Shown: positions 9,978-14,453 of the stretch, one piece after another | Numbering within the stretch: position 1 is the stretch's first letter | Layout of the letters: each line of letters starts with the position of its first letter | From: Candidatus Zixiibacteriota bacterium | GTDB taxonomy: Bacteria; Zixibacteria; MSB-5A5; WJJR01 | NCBI GenBank assembly: GCA_036170655.1 | Contig: JAVHPP010000066.1 | Span: forward strand, 1-14,453 | Length of the DNA: 14,453 nucleotides | Direction of reading: 5' to 3' | Translations under genes and position numbers: made by a program | Notes under the pieces: generated by a model | Told to the model about the DNA's origin: nothing | Database searches by the model: none | Seen by the model: only the letters and a program-made list of their open reading frames with translations

Positions 9978-11909
9978 TCATTGCAAAATCCACAAGATCA
10001 CCAGGGCGGCAAAGACCACGAACGCGTAATTCTGCAGGCTGCCGGTCTGCAGATATCGCACGGTGCCGCCAAAGCCGCGCGTGAGCCAGCCGACACCATT
10101 GACCGCGCCGTCAACAAATGTTTCATCAAACCAGCGCTGGGACTTTCCCCACAGGATGCCGAAGCGTCCGGCCGCGTTCACTACGCCATCGATGATGTGC
10201 TGGTCGAACCAAAACCAGCCACGACAGACCGCGTAGTATGGCTGGATGAACAAGAGCGTATAGGCGTCGTCCACGTAGTACTTGTTCAAGAGGGTATTGT
10301 AAATCCCCGGCAGGGAGGCGGCCAGACGGTCGGGATTGATGCGCCGCCGGTAGTACATGAGGTAGGCCAACGCCATCCCGGATAGGCCCACCAGCAGCGA
10401 AATTGCCGCCAGACCATAGTGGAATTCGGCGTGATGCGGTTCTTCGTGGAAGACCACGGCGGAAAATCCGTGATGCAACCAGGGCAGACCGATCCATCCC
10501 GACACAACCGACAGGAAGGCCAGGAAAATCAGGGGGTAAGTCATCACCTTCGGCGATTCGTGCGCGTGGTCGAACTTGTGTTGGTCGCGCGGCGTTCCGG
10601 TAAACGTCAGGAAGTAGAGCCGGAACATATAGAATGCTGTCATGAAGGCGACGATCAGCGACAGCACGGTGAAAGCCGGATGGCCAAGTGTGGCCGCGAC
10701 GATCTCGTCCTTCGACCAGAATCCTGACAGCGGGAAGATGCCCGCGATGGCCAGCGCCGCGATCAAGAATGTGACGGAGGTTGTCTTCATCTTGGAATGC
10801 AGCCCGCCCATCTCACGGATATCGTTGGTGTGCACCGCATGGATGACCGATCCGGCGCCGAGGAACAAGAGCGACTTGAAGAAAGCGTGGGTCATGAGAT
10901 GAAACGTGCCGGCCGTGAACCCCTGCAGGCCGAGCGCCATGATCATGTAACCGAGCTGGGAGACGGTCGAGTAGGCCAGGACACGTTTGATATCATTCTG
11001 CACCAGGCCGATGGAGGCCGCCATCAGCGAAGTGATGATACCGATCCACGCCACGAACATGCCCGCGGTCTCGGCGGAGATGAAGATGGTCAGCGAACGC
11101 GCTACCAGATAGACACCGGCCACGACCATGGTTGCCGCATGAATCAAAGCCGAGACCGGCGTCGGACCCTCCATGGCATCGGGCAGCCACACGTGCAACG
11201 GGAACTGCGCGGATTTGCCGATGGCGCCGCCAAAGAGGAAGATCGCGGCGGTGGTCAGCATCGCGCCGCCCAAGGCGCCGCTCTTCACCGCGCCGAAGAC
11301 ACCCTCGAAGGTCAGCGACCCGCAACCGGCATAGAGCATGAGCATGCCGATGATGAAACCCAGATCGCCCAGACGTGTGGTGATGAACGCCTTTTTGCCC
11401 GCGTCCGACGCCGACTGCTTCTCAAACCAGAAACCGATCAGCAGATACGATGCAAGACCGACCAGTTCCCAAGCGACAAACATGAGGACAAAATTGTCGG
11501 CCAGAACCAGGGTCAGCATGGCCATGGTGAAGAGCGACAGATACGCATAGTAACGCGAGTACCGGGTGTCGCCGTGCATGTATCCCAGCGAGTAGATATG
11601 CACCATGAGCGCGACCGTCGTGACGACAATCAGCATCATCGCGGTCAGGCCGTCGACCAAGATCCCCATGGGCAGATGCATCGACGCGCCCAGATCCAGC
11701 CACTCGAGCGAGAATCGCTGCGCTTCGGGGTTGCCCCAAACGGCGAAAGCCATTGCCCACGCGTAGAGGAAGGATAGCGAGACGGCGGCGATCGACAGAC
11801 CAGCGGACAAAGCCCGGCGCCGGTGCGTGAACAGCATGATCGCTGCCATCGAGACAAGCGGGAAGACGGGTATCAGCCAGGCGTGGGATTGCATCGTGGT
11901 ATCAGCCAT
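9978..11909 (-). CDS. nuoL: NADH-quinone oxidoreductase subunit L with an elongated lateral helix, 643 aa
   Basis: Motifs VHIYSLGYM, WELVGLASYLLIGFW, KAFITTRLGD, GKSAQFPLHVWLPDAMEGPTPVSALIHAATMV, KRVLAYSTVSQLG, HLMTHAFFK, SGFWSKDEI, LQTGSLQNY. Confidence 0.97.
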   Translation of the reverse strand: MADTTMQSHAWLIPVFPLVSMAAIMLFTHRRRALSAGLSIAAVSLSFLYAWAMAFAVWGNPEAQRFSLEWLDLGASMHLPMGILVDGLTAMMLIVVTTVALMVHIYSLGYMHGDTRYSRYYAYLSLFTMAMLTLVLADNFVLMFVAWELVGLASYLLIGFWFEKQSASDAGKKAFITTRLGDLGFIIGMLMLYAGCGSLTFEGVFGAVKSGALGGAMLTTAAIFLFGGAIGKSAQFPLHVWLPDAMEGPTPVSALIHAATMVVAGVYLVARSLTIFISAETAGMFVAWIGIITSLMAASIGLVQNDIKRVLAYSTVSQLGYMIMALGLQGFTAGTFHLMTHAFFKSLLFLGAGSVIHAVHTNDIREMGGLHSKMKTTSVTFLIAALAIAGIFPLSGFWSKDEIVAATLGHPAFTVLSLIVAFMTAFYMFRLYFLTFTGTPRDQHKFDHAHESPKVMTYPLIFLAFLSVVSGWIGLPWLHHGFSAVVFHEEPHHAEFHYGLAAISLLVGLSGMALAYLMYYRRRINPDRLAASLPGIYNTLLNKYYVDDAYTLLFIQPYYAVCRGWFWFDQHIIDGVVNAAGRFGILWGKSQRWFDETFVDGAVNGVGWLTRGFGGTVRYLQTGSLQNYAFVVFAALVILWILQ

Positions 11910-11935
11910 TCAACCGTGGTTCCGCCGGTCCGAGT

Positions 11936-11963
11936 GTAGGGGCGCACGGCCGTGCGCCCCTAC
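11936..11963. repeat. Perfect 28 bp palindrome, GTAG-type REP element
   Basis: GTAGGGGCGCACGGCCGTGCGCCCCTAC equals its own reverse complement. It lies in the 100 bp nuoK-nuoL gap. GTAG...CTAC ends are typical of RAYT-associated REPs. Confidence 0.85.
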
Positions 11964-12009
11964 GGCCACATCGAGTCCAATTTGCATCAATCAGCATCAT
12001 CCGTTCTCT

Positions 12010-12324
12010 TCACCATTTCATGAAATTGACCTGATCCACATTGATGCCCCGGTGGTGCTGGTAGATGAGCAGCACGATCGCCAGCGCGACCGTTGCCTCA
12101 GCGGCGGCCACGGCGATCGTAAAGATGGCCACTACCTGCCCGGTCACGGTCGCCGGCGTGACGTACCGTGCGAACGCCACGAGCGTAACATTGACCGCGT
12201 TGAACATCAGTTCAACAGACATCAGGACGCCAATGGCATTCCGGCGTGTGAGCATACCGTAAACGCCGACGCAGAACACGACCGCTGCGAGAGTCAGATA
12301 ATGTGAGAGTCCGATTTCCATCAT
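12010..12324 (-). CDS. nuoK: NADH-quinone oxidoreductase subunit K
   Basis: Three hydrophobic segments; motifs RRNAI, SVELMFNA, GQV, AVAAAEATVALA. Start overlaps the nuoJ stop. Confidence 0.96.
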   Translation of the reverse strand: MMEIGLSHYLTLAAVVFCVGVYGMLTRRNAIGVLMSVELMFNAVNVTLVAFARYVTPATVTGQVVAIFTIAVAAAEATVALAIVLLIYQHHRGINVDQVNFMKW

Positions 12325-12878
12325 CTGGACGCTTCCTGAGTCGCGCCCGGCAGTGGTGTCTTGGGCATCGTGGGTTCCCGGCGTTGCGGATCTTTCTTGG
12401 CTATGACCACGGCGCCGATCAGCGCGCCGAGCAGCAGGACCGACACGATCTCAAAAGGCAGCACGAACTTCGTCAGCAAAAGCCGTCCCAGTGTCCGTCC
12501 CGCGCCCTCCGGCATCGGCGCATCTGAGATCGGAAAAGGTGTCTGCCAGAGTGAATAGACGATGATCGCCAGCAATCCGAGAGAAACGACCAGACCGGTG
12601 ACGGTCTGTTCGTTGGTCTGGCGGATGGATGTGTCGGCGATACGCGCGGTCAGCATGATCGCAAAGATCATCAGCATCGACACCGCGCCGACATAGATGA
12701 GCACCTGGGCGGCTGCCAGGAACGGCGCCTGCAAGAGCACATAGAGTCCCGCCACGCCGAATAATGCCAGGATCAGATAGATCGCCGAGTGGAAGATGTT
12801 CTTCGATGTCACCACGAAGATCGACGCGGCAATCGTCAGGAAAGCCAGGGCGTAGAAGGCGAGAGACAGTGCGCTCAT
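12321..12878 (-). CDS. nuoJ: NADH-quinone oxidoreductase subunit J, 185 aa
   Basis: Motifs NIFHSA, APFLAAAQVLIYVGAV, LPFEIVSVLLLGALIGAVVIA. Starts 4 bp after the nuoH stop. Confidence 0.95.
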   Translation of the reverse strand: MSALSLAFYALAFLTIAASIFVVTSKNIFHSAIYLILALFGVAGLYVLLQAPFLAAAQVLIYVGAVSMLMIFAIMLTARIADTSIRQTNEQTVTGLVVSLGLLAIIVYSLWQTPFPISDAPMPEGAGRTLGRLLLTKFVLPFEIVSVLLLGALIGAVVIAKKDPQRREPTMPKTPLPGATQEASR

Positions 12879-12882
12879 CAGT

Positions 12883-13926
12883 TCACGGCTCGAAAATGTA
12901 GATCCCCAGCCCGGTCAGCACGATGTTGATGAAGGCCAGCGGCAAGAGGAATTTCCAGGCAAATCCCATCAATTGATCGACCCGCAACCGGGGGTAGGTC
13001 CACCGAAACCACATCAGCACGAACACACCGGTCAATGTCTTGACCATGAACCAGGCCCAAGACGGCAGGAAGGGCCCGTTCCAGCCGCCGAAGAACAGAG
13101 TCGTCGCCACCGCCGAGACGGTAAACATATTCAAGAACTCCGCCAGAAAGAACATGGCGAACTTCATCCCGGAGTATTCGGTGACAAATCCGGCCACGAG
13201 TTCCGAGTCGGCTTCGGGCAGATCGAAGGGCGTCCGGTTGCATTCGGCCGTCGCGGCGACCAGATAGATGAGAAAACCCACCGGCTGGCGCCAGATGTAC
13301 CATTGATAGAACTTCTGCTGCTGTCCGATGATCTCGACCATCGACAGCGTCTGAGTCAGCATGACCACGCCGATGACCGCCAGCGCCATCGGCACTTCGT
13401 ACGACACCACCTGGGCCGCCGAGCGGAATCCGCCCAGCAGTGCGTACTTGTTGTTCGAAGACCATCCGGCCATCAACAGACCGATGACCGTGAAGGTCGT
13501 GATCGACAGGATGTACAGGATGCCGATGTTGAGATCGCGGACCACCAACCCCTTGCCGAATGGAACAGTCACATACACCGCTAGCGCGGCGACAAAGGTC
13601 ACGATCGGCGCCCAGAAGTAGATCCCCCGGTCGACAGCGGCAGGCGTGATATCTTCTTTCTGCAGAAGCTTGAGCGCGTCGGCGATGGTCTGGATCGAGC
13701 CATGCCAGCCGACACGCATCGGTCCGAGACGCATCTGGATGTGCGCTGAGATCTTCCGTTCCCACCAGACCAGGAAGAGGACAACGATCGCGACAAACGC
13801 GATGATGACCAGCGCGGCCACGACGAGCTGAGCGAGAATGACCCAAGGCGGACCCAAGCCCAATGCGCCAATGCCGGCTTCGATGCCATCGCCGATCCAC
13901 TTGACCAGTTTATCGAGTTCCAGCAT
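12883..13926 (-). CDS. nuoH: NADH-quinone oxidoreductase subunit H, 347 aa
   Basis: Motifs ERKISAHIQMRLGP, ADALKLLQKED, GWSSNNKYALLGGFRSAAQVVSYE, AECNRTPFDLPEADSELVAGFVTEYSG, RWTYPRLRVDQLM. Confidence 0.97.
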   Translation of the reverse strand: MLELDKLVKWIGDGIEAGIGALGLGPPWVILAQLVVAALVIIAFVAIVVLFLVWWERKISAHIQMRLGPMRVGWHGSIQTIADALKLLQKEDITPAAVDRGIYFWAPIVTFVAALAVYVTVPFGKGLVVRDLNIGILYILSITTFTVIGLLMAGWSSNNKYALLGGFRSAAQVVSYEVPMALAVIGVVMLTQTLSMVEIIGQQQKFYQWYIWRQPVGFLIYLVAATAECNRTPFDLPEADSELVAGFVTEYSGMKFAMFFLAEFLNMFTVSAVATTLFFGGWNGPFLPSWAWFMVKTLTGVFVLMWFRWTYPRLRVDQLMGFAWKFLLPLAFINIVLTGLGIYIFEP

Positions 13927-13981
13927 TGTGCTCAGTCAGATTGTGGGAATCTCCGGGATCAACGACAGCATGTGCCGCGTG

Positions 13982-14341
13982 TCAATACCAGCGCAGCACA
14001 CCCTTCCGCCAGGCGTAGAAAAGGCCAAAGAGCAGAATGGCGACAAAGACCAGCATTTCGACAAAGGCAAACAACCCCAGGGACTGGTAGACAATCGCCC
14101 ACGGGAACAGGAAGATGGCTTCCACATCGAAGACCACGAAGATCAACGCAAAGATGTAGAAACGGACGTTGAACTGGATCCACGCGGGGCCGAAGGGTGT
14201 CTCGCCGCATTCATACGTGCTCAACTTGACGGGATTGGGGGCCGATGGCCGGATCAGGCGGGCCAGAAGAAAATTGAACAGGACAAACCCGACGCCCAAG
14301 CCGATGAAGACCGCCACTGCTGCGAAGTCGGAAACCACCAT
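13982..14341 (-). CDS. nuoA: NADH-quinone oxidoreductase subunit A, 119 aa
   Basis: Motifs KLSTYECGETP, FYIFALIFVVFDVEAIFLFPWA, YAWRKGVLRW. Start moved from 14386 to the ATG at 14341, which follows GGAGGTTG. Confidence 0.96.
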   Translation of the reverse strand: MVVSDFAAVAVFIGLGVGFVLFNFLLARLIRPSAPNPVKLSTYECGETPFGPAWIQFNVRFYIFALIFVVFDVEAIFLFPWAIVYQSLGLFAFVEMLVFVAILLFGLFYAWRKGVLRWY

Positions 14342-14413
14342 CAACCTCCGGCTGCCATCCCGAAAACAGCGCCCTTGCACGGTCAACCCTGATACAAGGA
14401 CACCGAGGTGGCG

Positions 14414-14442
14414 AGATTAAGCCCGGATCGGCCGACTGTCAA
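14414..14442 (-). promoter_or_regulatory. Sigma70-type promoter of the nuo membrane-arm operon
   Basis: Minus strand: perfect -35 TTGACA (14442-14437), a 17 bp spacer, and -10 TAATCT (14419-14414, TAnnnT), about 70 bp upstream of nuoA. Confidence 0.7.
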
Positions 14443-14453
14443 GCGCTTTCGCC

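Noticed and set aside
8857..11777. Long plus-strand ORFs (8857-10029, 390 aa; 10797-11777, 326 aa)
   Set aside because: Antisense shadows of nuoM and nuoL, expected from high-GC codon bias in hydrophobic genes; no recognisable motifs.
11936..11963. Palindrome considered as an orphan CRISPR repeat
   Set aside because: Single copy, fully palindromic with GTAG/CTAC ends and no GAAAC-type 3' end. It fits a REP better.
5981..12878. Interpretation of the operon as an Mrp Na+/H+ antiporter
   Set aside because: Clear NuoH and NuoA are present, MrpE/F/G-like genes are absent, and the L, M and N motifs are Nuo-type.
12878..13900. 340-aa alternative-frame minus-strand ORF over nuoH, and similar ones over nuoM and nuoN
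   Set aside because: Arg/Gly/His-rich off-frame translations overlapping well-conserved genes.
13927..13981. Possible remnants of nuoB-G between nuoA and nuoH
   Set aside because: Only 55 bp with no recognisable NuoB/C/D motif; the 63-aa ORF crossing it is an off-frame product of nuoA.

Overview
All credible genes are on the minus strand. In transcription order (right to left): a sigma70-type promoter precedes a respiratory complex I (nuo) operon with all seven membrane-arm subunits (nuoA-H-J-K-L-M-N) and no hydrophilic subunits (no nuoB, C, D, E, F, G or I). An atypical NAD(P)-binding SDR gene is inserted between nuoM and nuoN. NuoL carries a 26-aa tandem duplication in its lateral amphipathic helix, the signature described for '2M' complex I with a fourth antiporter-like subunit, yet only one nuoM is present. 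Downstream are a terminator-like hairpin, iscU, nadA, a 48-aa dockerin-like remnant missed by the ORF track, and the start of a type I-C CRISPR-Cas operon (cas3, cas5c, and cas8c running off the left edge, also missed by the ORF track). GTAG-type REP-like palindromes lie in several intergenic gaps. No CRISPR array, RNA gene or transposase is visible. The dockerin style hints at Candidatus Zixibacteria (inference only). All calls rest on motif recognition by eye; no searches were run.
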